This document shows positions 39,301 to 47,719 of a stretch of 64,000 nt of DNA, piece by piece. Within the stretch, counting starts at the first letter, position 1. The number at the start of each line of letters is the position of its first letter. The position numbers were made by a program, and so were the translations under genes. The notes below the pieces were generated by a model. That model made no database searches. It was given only the letters and a program-made list of their open reading frames with translations, and was not told the origin of the DNA. Source of the DNA: an uncultured Bacilli bacterium (GTDB taxonomy: Bacteria > Bacillota_I > Bacilli_A > RFN20 > CAG-288); the NCBI GenBank assembly GCA_944371605.1, contig CALVXU010000019.1:20832-84831 (forward strand), in the 5' to 3' direction.

Positions 39301-40475
39301 TTTAAAGTTTCACCGCCCAAATAAGAAGACTCAACAGTATCTGTGGTCCAATCAGAATATCCTTGATTACCGGAGAAACTCGATTTACCAGAGTTTCCAG
39401 CAGCATAGTTGACGATCACACCAGCCTCAATAGCCCCTTGAATCGCTTGATATGTGAGAGATGAAGCATCATCATCGTAATCGGTCAAATCAGTTCCTAA
39501 AGAAAGGTTTATGACATCGAGTCCGAGCTTAGCAGCATCATTGATAGCAGCGATGATATCAGAATCACCAGCTCCTCCATCTCCATCAGGGAAAACTTTC
39601 AAAATCGCTAATTGAGCATTAGGAGCGATACCAGTGAAGTCATCACCATTAGCAGCTGCTAGCGAAGCGACGTGAGTTCCGTGATCAGCAGTAGATGGAT
39701 TAACATTATTATCATTTCCTTGATAATCGTATGCGAAAGCGATCTTTTTGTTGATTCTAACACCTTCTTGTCCAACAAATTCAGGATCTCTCTTAGCAGC
39801 GTTTACAACGCTTTCAGAAAGAACATCTTCGACATTTGTGGTGTCTTTGAAAGCAGCTGCGTTATATTCGTCAGCAGTAGCTTCTAACTCACTTCTTTGA
39901 CTGGTTCCCTCGACCTGATTTAAGAACAAACCAGTATCGATAATACCGATAGTGATTCCCTTACCCAATTGAGCTTCACCTTCAGTACCAGTGACATCTT
40001 TGATCGCTTTAGAGATATCTGTAGATGTTGCAGACATCGTCTCTGCAGAATAGTTGGCTAATTTATCTCTCTTGATATCTTCAGCTGAAGAAGCGAAAGT
40101 ACTGGCACCGCTAGAAAGGGTCGAAGCTGTAGGACGAGCATAGGTGTGTGAAACCTCAACACTAGCAACACCAGGGATTTCAGCAACATAATCTTTCAAA
40201 GAAGAATCCATGGTGATAGAGAAGCCATTTAAAACTTCATCATAAACATGATCGATATGATAGAGTTCTTCTGGTAAGCGATAAGCGAGTTCATTTAACA
40301 CTTTATTTCTAGCAACATCTGCTTTGCTAGATTTCACGCCCTGATCAATAGTGACGATAAAAGTTTCCTCTCCCGCTTTTTCTACTCCAGGCATATTGAC
40401 TGGAGAAGCAGAGGCTAAAAGGCCACCAAAGCCAAGGCAAGTTAATAATGAAACTAAAGAAAATAGTTTTTTCAT
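36312..40475 (-). CDS. membrane-anchored subtilisin-like serine protease (S8 family, cell-envelope proteinase-like), 1388 aa
   Basis: Start taken at MKKLFSLVSLL (ATG at 40475, GGAGG ribosome-binding site 10 nt upstream). Catalytic triad contexts IGIIDTG, HGTHVAS and GTSMASP. There is a large insert between His and Ser, as in lactocepin/C5a peptidase. The C-terminus is a hydrophobic helix plus KKKKAK, not LPXTG. Confidence 0.9.
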   Translation of the reverse strand: MKKLFSLVSLLTCLGFGGLLASASPVNMPGVEKAGEETFIVTIDQGVKSSKADVARNKVLNELAYRLPEELYHIDHVYDEVLNGFSITMDSSLKDYVAEIPGVASVEVSHTYARPTASTLSSGASTFASSAEDIKRDKLANYSAETMSATSTDISKAIKDVTGTEGEAQLGKGITIGIIDTGLFLNQVEGTSQRSELEATADEYNAAAFKDTTNVEDVLSESVVNAAKRDPEFVGQEGVRINKKIAFAYDYQGNDNNVNPSTADHGTHVASLAAANGDDFTGIAPNAQLAILKVFPDGDGGAGDSDIIAAINDAAKLGLDVINLSLGTDLTDYDDDASSLTYQAIQGAIEAGVIVNYAAGNSGKSSFSGNQGYSDWTTDTVESSYLGGETLNDENVNIVASSNPDKAFYESILLVNGTAVSYYDQVINREGSTIEFNIEHPFTQLLGDQQEGTFNYVRIGGVGADSDYQSFYDSYNQEYETAISSFAGLKEQLGKDSKVIAVIDRGETTFTEKTLAAQAAGADALIVINNDASVTFNFNFDYGSYNPEIPVILVFQNMGPTFGEDNTVGELTLSTNQAVVAPDGNITSSFSSDGPSYNLDISPTISAPGGQVIGAIDASVVGATSKLAGYDNMSGTSMASPNFSGALASVLSEKKPENGGSLALEDDEAFAAYKKKISNIAMSTANQLVDSTANNIGSIRLQGSGIINVADMLGNNAYVTSPSVSDSEAVSSSDALKTESTEVSKVELKNRGTLNTDLATDEEAYIEFSYTIHNDSSKTRTYTPSLSLMIPDLRIQLTTSEYENSKENDPTTVADVAENLPGSITTSINDQALTIPDANWAEGKGDVEVAANSTATGKVRVRIDNIELDKVFDADVDGDGEKDVPDFHGTLREYFNQYFKSAGGSYVEGYLYLTEKDSTTSEDNENGVSHTLTMPYLGFYGDYTVGKAVEPFQFEKEKGHLYNSELADAYIKNLSGTAAKRNAYTGSTLAATGSTPTSSEIGRIGDLSTSAYPNGTKYLDIARYDENGDLYLKAGANGVSDHLVSVFYVNRSVSEATWSISGSGVNKSGQIGDLYEYSSGWASATGMGLAKSLFVPGTTSYLMHHGYACIDISSLDEGEYTLSYNFTLRGTNTTQTSSYKLIIDKTVPEFVSAVSQTSSTGRQQLVVTTKGGDSAISYAGRAAIPVKVEGSDDLYQATLTLTDTILEENDGRLNITITDTAYNSISVIVHLNSLNAFVSASDIPDDSDFVLSPTNISAGNYSYDVNLTDADGADLDYDGVASLTLYVGTGLDASTITASVNGQAAENMSYDSASGYLTIHNVQFTDGFASISLNRQVIAPGTTPVDPSTPSGGLQAWHIALIAVGGVIVVGGAAFLTIFFLKKKKAK

Positions 40476-40780
40476 CAAAATAACCTCCGAAAAATATGCA
40501 AAATCAATTTTATTGAGATTGTTTATCAATGCAAGTGAAAAATCGATTAGCTTTTTTCAGGTCACATAGCTATTTCTTTGCTGTTTTTATAAATTTTGTA
40601 GTTTTCAACGCTATAAATTGTCAATAAATAATTATTCAAACCTTCGTTTGTTTTGTTTGTAAGTGCTTACATTTGAGGGTAATTTATTTTTATAATTATG
40701 TTTATATTTATAAATAATAATATCGATTGTGTTTTTTATCGATTTTCAGTTTTAAAGAAGAAGTTTATGAAAGTGCTTTC

Positions 40781-41971
40781 TCAAGCTGACATGAGTTCTT
40801 TAACCACCTTGACCATCTCTTCCATTTCAAAGAGGTCAACATATTCATATTTTCCGTGGCAATTATAATCGCCAGTTCCTAAATTAGGACATGGTAAACC
40901 TTTAAAGGAAAGTTGTGAACCTGTTGTACCGCCTCTGATGGCTTCGTATTCATATTCGATGTTGAGCTTTTTATAAACACTTTCCATCTCTTCTTGAATT
41001 TGTGGATATTTATCTAGCACTTGTTTCATGTTGTGATATTGAGGTTTGATATCAAGAAGGATAGCATCATAACCGAGCTTTTCATTCATTCTCTTCGCGG
41101 TGAATTGGGCTAATTTGATCAAATACCCAACCTCTTCTTCAGAAAAACTTCTGATGATAAAATTTGCCTCCGCTTCATCTTCACTGCCTTTGATATCACA
41201 AAGATGATAGAAAGGCTCTTTTCCCGCAGTATCTTCAGGTCTTAAGAAAGTTGGTAACGCTTCTGTGAATTTAAAAAGCGTTGTTGCAGCATTGACCAGT
41301 TTATTTTTAGCCGAACCAGGATGAATAGATTTGCCTCGAACTTTGACTTTCATACCATATGCAGTGAATGATTCAACAGAGATGAGACGGTAGTCTCCAC
41401 CATCGATAGTGTATCCATACTTCGAATCGACGATTTCCATTGAAACGTGTTCAGCATCCGCGCCTATCTCTTCATCAGTAGTGAAAATAATTTCTAATGG
41501 ACGATGATTTTTGGTTTTTAAAACCTCTTTTAAAGCAGTCATGATGATGGCGATTCCAGCTTTGTCATCACCGCCTAAAAGGGTAGTGCCATCTGTCGTG
41601 ATGATCTTATGACCGATTGAATGATTTAGTGAAGGAAAATCTGTAGCAGACAAAATCAAAGAATCACCTAGCTTTACATCTTTTCCATCATAATCGATCA
41701 GCTGTGGTTTTACATCCTTTCCAGACGCTTGATTGGAAGTATCCATATGCGCTAAAAAAGCGACTTTTTCCTTAGAATTATCTCCGTAAAACTTAGCATC
41801 GATAACACCGAATCTATTGATTGAAATCTCATTTGGCTCAAGTTCGAATAGTTCCTTTAATAAAGCATCAGCTAAAACAAGCATCTTTTCATTAGAACAA
41901 GAAGTGGGCTTTTCTTCTAAAGCGGTTGTTTCATAACTGACATATTTTAAAAATCTCTCTAAAACCGTCAT
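40781..41971 (-). CDS. pepT: peptidase T (tripeptide aminopeptidase, M20B)
   Basis: FLAHMDT, GGDDKAGIAIIM and TTDEEIG metal-ligand motifs match PepT. Confidence 0.88.
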   Translation of the reverse strand: MTVLERFLKYVSYETTALEEKPTSCSNEKMLVLADALLKELFELEPNEISINRFGVIDAKFYGDNSKEKVAFLAHMDTSNQASGKDVKPQLIDYDGKDVKLGDSLILSATDFPSLNHSIGHKIITTDGTTLLGGDDKAGIAIIMTALKEVLKTKNHRPLEIIFTTDEEIGADAEHVSMEIVDSKYGYTIDGGDYRLISVESFTAYGMKVKVRGKSIHPGSAKNKLVNAATTLFKFTEALPTFLRPEDTAGKEPFYHLCDIKGSEDEAEANFIIRSFSEEEVGYLIKLAQFTAKRMNEKLGYDAILLDIKPQYHNMKQVLDKYPQIQEEMESVYKKLNIEYEYEAIRGGTTGSQLSFKGLPCPNLGTGDYNCHGKYEYVDLFEMEEMVKVVKELMSA

Positions 41972-42008
41972 ATTAATACTCCTTTATAAATTTATATTTC
42001 ACGTGAAA

Positions 42009-45000
42009 TTAATTTGAATTCTCAGCTCTTCTTCGCAGATTATAAATAAGATTGAGCTCATCATAGCTATAATGGTTGTGATACACTTCAGCAAACTCAC
42101 CTTTAGCTAGAGTTGAATTTCGTAAACTATTCTGATATTCGCCGATTTTCTCTTTTATCTGCTTACCGACATGTATCGTTCTTTTGATTGTAGAATTTAT
42201 AATTTTATGCATCAAATCATATTTGATGACCACTAATCCTTGATCATCTATTCTGTTGATCAACTCTTTAAACGTGATATGTCTCAGTGTGTATGGCACT
42301 TCAATTTCATCTAAAATAATGATGGCGTTCAACATGTTTAAGTCATAGAAATTTCGACGATATGAATTGACTAAAATAGCATATTCAGTCGCCTCTTTAT
42401 AAGCTTCGTCATTTTCACCATCAAAAATGATTGAAATATAATCCATACTATCATCGATGTTGACATTCATATCTATAAATGATTTAGGACAACATTTCTT
42501 CGCTGTCTTATCGATGATATCGACAAATTTATAAACATTATTTTTATCAACAATCGATAAAGAAGCGCCGATCAAACGAATGAAAATATAAATCAGATGT
42601 CCTTTTTGTTTGATTTGATTCTCACTGACTTGTAAAGCCTGTGAAAAGTTATAAGGATCAGTGACAAAATCTCGACTAGTGATACAATTTTTACCATCTA
42701 TCTCAGTCATCACAAAACTATGACCATTAGTTATAAAACTTGTGTCTCTCTTAAAATCGGCCAGAGATTTGATATTTGCGATTAAAACATTTTCGGAGTT
42801 CTCTTCTTTCTTTTCATCATATAAAACATACTTCCAACCGAATTTAGATGTTTCATCGCCATAAGCATCAAATTTTATCTCGCGTCCCGAGAAATCGACG
42901 ACATCATCTTTAGATCCGAACAGATCAACATATAATTCTTTGGCTTTAATTGATTTTTGTTTTCTGAGCGATATTGATGTTAAATCCTCTTCTAAAACCA
43001 CGCTATCAGCTTCGACTTCATAAAATTGTTGATCGTCTTTTTTAGCCTCTGGATGCTCTTGTAAATACTCTTGTAAATCTTTTTGGCAAAATGATAATCC
43101 ATTTTCATCTAACCATGATTTGACTTCCGAATATCTATCTAGAGATATCTGTTCTTCAGCTAATGATAGATATTCTTTATTCTTATTTAATTCATCATAG
43201 AGATTTTGTTTGTAATTTTGTAAAGCTATATTATCCTGTTGAAGCTTTTCTATTCTCTTTGATAATTCTTCTTTTTCAGTAATTGAAGCGGAATATTTGC
43301 TTTGCACATCATTAAAACTATTATTTAAATCGATATATTTCGATTTTAAATCATCGTTGCTTTTTTGAACTTCAGCAAGAGCTATATCGAGCTTTTCTTT
43401 ATCATCAGCAGAAAGCTGTTTAGTCCTAATCAAATCTTCATTCTCTTGTTTCAATCGGTCATTTTCAACGTTTAACGATGTGATCTTTAGCTGTAATTCA
43501 TTGATCACATTTTCTTTTTCATTGTTAACCTTAGACAAATCTTCAATTTGATTTTGATATTCTAAAAGATTAGCATCGCTTTCTTTTTTTTGTTCAACTA
43601 TTTGATCTAAATTTTTCTCGTCAGTAATTTTTTTGAGCTTTAATTCTTCAATCGTTTTGTTGAGCTCCGCTTCTTCTTTTAATAGTTGATTAATTTTGTT
43701 CTCTTTACTCAAAACATCTCGATTCACTAAATCAATCGCCGAATTCAAATCAGCAATCTTAGCTTTTAGAGGTGCAGTCTCTTGGAATCTATTCTTTAAA
43801 TCATTCAGCTCATCTGCAATTTTTTGATATTTTTCATTTTCTGAGCTGTTGATTTCTAACTGCTCATTTAATTTATCATCGGCTTCTAGTTTTTCGTTTT
43901 TAATTTTATTTAATTCTTCATCTTTTTGAGCATTGATATTTTCTAACTCAATAATTTTCCTTTTGAGTTCTTCTAATGTGCTAGCATTTTGTGCTTTTTC
44001 TTCCGCCAATATTTCTAATCTTTTCTCAACATCAGCTTTTTCTAAATAAATGTTTTGAATTTGATTTTCTAGCTCTGCTTTTTGAGCGTTTATATCTAAA
44101 AATCTCTTCTGAGAATCTGTCTCTTTTTGAAGAATTTCATTCTTATATTCGTTCAATTCAACGTTATCTTTTTTAAGTTGCTCCAAACTATTTAATAGTT
44201 CTTGAACTCGTGAATTTAAACTAGCTTCAACTTCTTTATATTTTTGTAATTGTGCAGTGAGTTCATCGATTTGATATTGCTTGTTTTTAGAACCATTTTC
44301 TAATTCTGCTTTTTGAGATTCTAGTTCACATATTTTTTTAGATGTTTCATTTCTTTCATCTTCAATTTGCTTAAGCTTATCATTTGATAAAGTTATTTCT
44401 TTTTTTAGAGAATTGATTTCTATACCTTTTTGTTCAGCGATGATCTTATATGATTCAAGAGTCTTTTTATCATCTTCAAAAGCGGCTATTTTACCTTTTA
44501 AATTTCCGTTTTCATTTTCAATAAGTGATTGAGTTTCTTGAAGTTGATTGAGTTTATTCACTGTCGAATAAAGGGTGGTATTTATCCTTTCAATCTCTTT
44601 TTCTTTCTCAGAGATATCATTCTTTAATCGCTCATTCTCTTCTTTTAATCTTTCATTTTCTTCATCATTTATAACGATTTCAGAGATTTCTTCTTCACGA
44701 GTCATCTCTTGTGGTAAATCACCGCTTTGCTCTTTTTCTTCAACTTTATTATCTAAAGCTAATAAGCGATCATTCAATTCTGCGATATCGTGCTCTTTAT
44801 CTGAAAGTTCTATCTTTAAATCTGTGATCTGTTTTTTTAAGTTCTCTATCTCTGAAGTTTGGGGGTTAGCGATATTTTCGTTAACATTCTCCGAATTTAA
44901 ATTTTTATCTTCATAAACCTCACCATTCGCCTCGATAGTCGCCTCTGCTGAGATCTCTTTTAATTTTTCGATTTGCTCATCGGGGATAGGAGTCTTTTCT

Positions 45001-45482
45001 TGAATAGGTGGATTGATACCAAAATCGACTGAATGATTACGGAATGCATATAAATCTTTAGCATAGTCGATGTTTTTTTCTTCTTTTCTCGCCAATGATT
45101 TTTGTAATCTTTCTTGATTATATGTCGAATCTTGATTTTGATTATTCGGTTCCATATCAACTGGACGACTTCGATCTGTTACATCAAAAATATGGAAACT
45201 CCCATATTGAGTTCCTTTACGAACCTCATATAAGAAATTTCCAATTTTAAAAACTGTTCTTTCATTTCTGAGAGCTTTAGTCAAAATACTAGTCGGGATG
45301 AAGTTATACATCGAAGTGTTGCCGTTTTTTGAAAGTGGCTGTTTATAATCAACATCCCATCCGCCATCAGATTCTGAATTTCTAAAATCATTTTTATACA
45401 TCGGATGCGATGCATAATCATAGGCGATGTCTCTATCACCATAGAGCATTTCCCATAGTCTAAGGGCCTGTTCCTTCTCCAT
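42009..45482 (-). CDS. 1157-aa protein: a ~650-aa coiled coil flanked by two mutually homologous N- and C-terminal HNH-like domains that lack the catalytic His
   Basis: The N-terminal domain reads LYGDRDIAYDYASHPMYKNDF..SDGGWDVDYKQPLSKNGN. The C-terminal domain reads LFGSKDDVVDFSGREIKFDAYGDETSKFGWKYVLYDEKKEENSEN. Both follow the HNH (beta-beta-alpha-Me) layout (YG...GW.(I/V)D(H).P..KGG..N), with Tyr in place of the first His. The centre is heptad-rich E/K/L/N sequence with recurring AQKAELEN units. No signal peptide. The gene starts 20 nt after the dnaN stop. Confidence 0.75.
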   Translation of the reverse strand: MEKEQALRLWEMLYGDRDIAYDYASHPMYKNDFRNSESDGGWDVDYKQPLSKNGNTSMYNFIPTSILTKALRNERTVFKIGNFLYEVRKGTQYGSFHIFDVTDRSRPVDMEPNNQNQDSTYNQERLQKSLARKEEKNIDYAKDLYAFRNHSVDFGINPPIQEKTPIPDEQIEKLKEISAEATIEANGEVYEDKNLNSENVNENIANPQTSEIENLKKQITDLKIELSDKEHDIAELNDRLLALDNKVEEKEQSGDLPQEMTREEEISEIVINDEENERLKEENERLKNDISEKEKEIERINTTLYSTVNKLNQLQETQSLIENENGNLKGKIAAFEDDKKTLESYKIIAEQKGIEINSLKKEITLSNDKLKQIEDERNETSKKICELESQKAELENGSKNKQYQIDELTAQLQKYKEVEASLNSRVQELLNSLEQLKKDNVELNEYKNEILQKETDSQKRFLDINAQKAELENQIQNIYLEKADVEKRLEILAEEKAQNASTLEELKRKIIELENINAQKDEELNKIKNEKLEADDKLNEQLEINSSENEKYQKIADELNDLKNRFQETAPLKAKIADLNSAIDLVNRDVLSKENKINQLLKEEAELNKTIEELKLKKITDEKNLDQIVEQKKESDANLLEYQNQIEDLSKVNNEKENVINELQLKITSLNVENDRLKQENEDLIRTKQLSADDKEKLDIALAEVQKSNDDLKSKYIDLNNSFNDVQSKYSASITEKEELSKRIEKLQQDNIALQNYKQNLYDELNKNKEYLSLAEEQISLDRYSEVKSWLDENGLSFCQKDLQEYLQEHPEAKKDDQQFYEVEADSVVLEEDLTSISLRKQKSIKAKELYVDLFGSKDDVVDFSGREIKFDAYGDETSKFGWKYVLYDEKKEENSENVLIANIKSLADFKRDTSFITNGHSFVMTEIDGKNCITSRDFVTDPYNFSQALQVSENQIKQKGHLIYIFIRLIGASLSIVDKNNVYKFVDIIDKTAKKCCPKSFIDMNVNIDDSMDYISIIFDGENDEAYKEATEYAILVNSYRRNFYDLNMLNAIIILDEIEVPYTLRHITFKELINRIDDQGLVVIKYDLMHKIINSTIKRTIHVGKQIKEKIGEYQNSLRNSTLAKGEFAEVYHNHYSYDELNLIYNLRRRAENSN

Positions 45483-45502
45483 AGTTTTTTTGCCTTTTTA
45501 TA

Positions 45503-46660
45503 TCATGCGTTAAATGATGAAATTCTGATAGGTGTGATGATTTGAATATTTTCAGGATCATCATTCTTAACCATGAACATTTGGACAGCTGAGGCGAAAA
45601 CAAAGGTGATATTTTCGCTCTTGAGAGCTTTGACAGCTTCGATTGCGAAGTCAACATTAAATCCTATTTCAAATACATATTCAGAATCAGGCAGTGTGAA
45701 TGTGGCTTTTTTAATGACTTCTTGGGAATTACCATAATTTGTCGAACGAGCTGAAAGAATAACTCCATTTTCGTTAGAAATAGTCAAACGAACTTGAGAA
45801 TTTCGATCCTCAGCTGAAGAGATGATTCTGACTCTTTCTGCGGCAGCTAAAAACTCATTCGTATCAAACGTGATTGAATATGGAAATTTAGTCGGAATCA
45901 ATCTGTCTGGTGAAGGAAAATCACCAGGTAATAATCTTGTGGTGATGATGGCGTTAGAAGTTTTAAAAACCGCGCGTTTATCATCAAAATAAATAGTACA
46001 ATCGTCATCTTCGTTTAAAACAGTCACCATATTAATCGCTTTGACTTTACAAGTGAAATTAAATTCAGCAGTCGAACCTTCCTCTGGTAAAGATAGACGC
46101 GCCATTCTATAAGAGTCGGTTGTCAAAAAATAAAGGCGTCCATTTCTAGCGCTGATGTTAATGCCATAATAAAGATCACGAGGACCTTTGGTAGCCACAG
46201 CAAAAGCAGTGGCATCAAACAAAGTTTTGATATCTTTAACTTTGGTTTTAAATCCTTCACTATTTTCTGGTTCGCTCAAGTTTATTTCAGGATACTCTTC
46301 AGCCGCTTTAGTGACGAGATTAAAATCTGAATTATCATCTGAAATATTCAAGAAATTAGTGTCAACCATATTTAACGTGATGATATCACCACCTAATTTA
46401 CTGACGATATCATAAAGATATTTAGCAGGTGCTTGAATGACGCCAGTTTCTACAGCGATGATGACCTCTTCATCACCATCATTTTTTAACTGAGTGACTT
46501 TTGTAGATATATCGCCATCAGAAGCGATGACTGAAACTTTATCATCACTGACTTCAATCAAAAAGTTCATGAACTGCGTCTCTGCAGATTTTGCAGGGAT
46601 AGCGCTCATCGCTAATGTTAATAATTTAAGAAAGTTTTGTCTTTTTATAGTTAATTTCAT
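45503..46660 (-). CDS. dnaN: DNA polymerase III beta sliding clamp
   Basis: MKLTIKRQNFLKLL...SAETQFMNFLIEV, the three-domain size (385 aa) and the position near dnaA support the call. Confidence 0.9.
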   Translation of the reverse strand: MKLTIKRQNFLKLLTLAMSAIPAKSAETQFMNFLIEVSDDKVSVIASDGDISTKVTQLKNDGDEEVIIAVETGVIQAPAKYLYDIVSKLGGDIITLNMVDTNFLNISDDNSDFNLVTKAAEEYPEINLSEPENSEGFKTKVKDIKTLFDATAFAVATKGPRDLYYGINISARNGRLYFLTTDSYRMARLSLPEEGSTAEFNFTCKVKAINMVTVLNEDDDCTIYFDDKRAVFKTSNAIITTRLLPGDFPSPDRLIPTKFPYSITFDTNEFLAAAERVRIISSAEDRNSQVRLTISNENGVILSARSTNYGNSQEVIKKATFTLPDSEYVFEIGFNVDFAIEAVKALKSENITFVFASAVQMFMVKNDDPENIQIITPIRISSFNA

Positions 46661-46772
46661 AGTGGTTTTTGCTCCTATAATAAATATCTAGATTAAACTA
46701 ATATAAATATTATATAAGCTGAAAATAACTAATAAAAGAATAACAAATCAAATTTATTTTTTTATTATGAAT

Positions 46773-47336
46773 TTATTTTAATGTGTAAGTAAAGACTATA
46801 GATAATTCAGCACCGATTGAATTGCTATCATCTATATCCATATCCATCTCAGCATTCATATTGGTCAACAAACCATCAGCATTGATTTGAACAGTCATAG
46901 TCATCTCATTGATTGTAGATCCAGTAGTAGGTAATTCCATATCACCAGTTTGTCCTTGTTCTAAATCTTCTGCGGTCAATTTAGCACCGATTGATAATGC
47001 ATTTCCATCAGCATAAAAATGAACATCATCAGTAGCATCAGTGAAATCGAGTTGAACAACAGTCGCAGTGACATCTGTTGCTTTTTCATCAAGCAGTTTG
47101 TCTCCTACATCAAAAGCGGCATCAGCAGCCTTACCTTCTACTTTGGTGATGACCATCTCAATTGTTCCAGTGCCTGTAGGTTCATATTTTGCATCAACAT
47201 TTGCTTGAGAATAACTTTCAACTATTTTTTGTGCTTCTTCTTTGCTGATCTCTTTACCTGGCAAACCGAATTCGTTACTACAACTGACTAAAAAAACTAA
47301 AGGTAAAGCGATAGCTGTTAATAGATGTTTTTTCAT
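46773..47336 (-). CDS. hypothetical lipoprotein (187 aa) between dnaA and dnaN
   Basis: MKKHLLTAIALPLVFLVSC lipobox. Acidic Thr/Asp-rich mature protein. Confidence 0.7.
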   Translation of the reverse strand: MKKHLLTAIALPLVFLVSCSNEFGLPGKEISKEEAQKIVESYSQANVDAKYEPTGTGTIEMVITKVEGKAADAAFDVGDKLLDEKATDVTATVVQLDFTDATDDVHFYADGNALSIGAKLTAEDLEQGQTGDMELPTTGSTINEMTMTVQINADGLLTNMNAEMDMDIDDSNSIGAELSIVFTYTLK

Positions 47337-47455
47337 AAAATAATTCCTCCGAGTAAAAATAGTTTATCATATCATTCTTTGTTTTTTAAAAGTCAAATCG
47401 ATTTTTCTTTTTATTTATTAATAATAAAAAAATAATAATGATAATAATAAAGGGC

Positions 47456-47636
47456 TGTGGAAATGTGGATAATTCAGGCATTATCATTTGTTGAGTAAAA
47501 ACAATGTATGAGAAAACATCAATGAATATGCTGCTTTTTTAATAATTACACCTATTGTTTTATACGAATTGTTTGTTAAAATTTATCAACATTGTCAGTT
47601 AGTAAATCAATAGATATCAACCATAGTTGTGGATAA
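47456..47636. promoter_or_regulatory. oriC segment downstream of dnaA: DnaA boxes plus an AT-rich candidate unwinding element
   Basis: TGTGGATAA (reverse complement of TTATCCACA) is perfect at about 47464-47472 and 47628-47636. TGTGGAAA at 47456-47463 and TTATCAACA at 47583-47591 are near-matches. A run of (ATAATAA)n lies at about 47411-47450. Confidence 0.75.
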
Positions 47637-47719
47637 CTTTTCTCAATCTATTGAATAAAGAAAAAAAAGCCATGAAACTAATTCATAGCTTTTACTAATT
47701 TTGTTGCTGCTTTTTTGTA

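Noticed and set aside
44575-44916. Ser/Phe-rich 113-aa ORF on the plus strand
   Set aside because: It is the antisense reading of the E/K-rich coiled-coil region of the 42009..45482 gene. It is low-complexity with no ribosome-binding site. Spurious.
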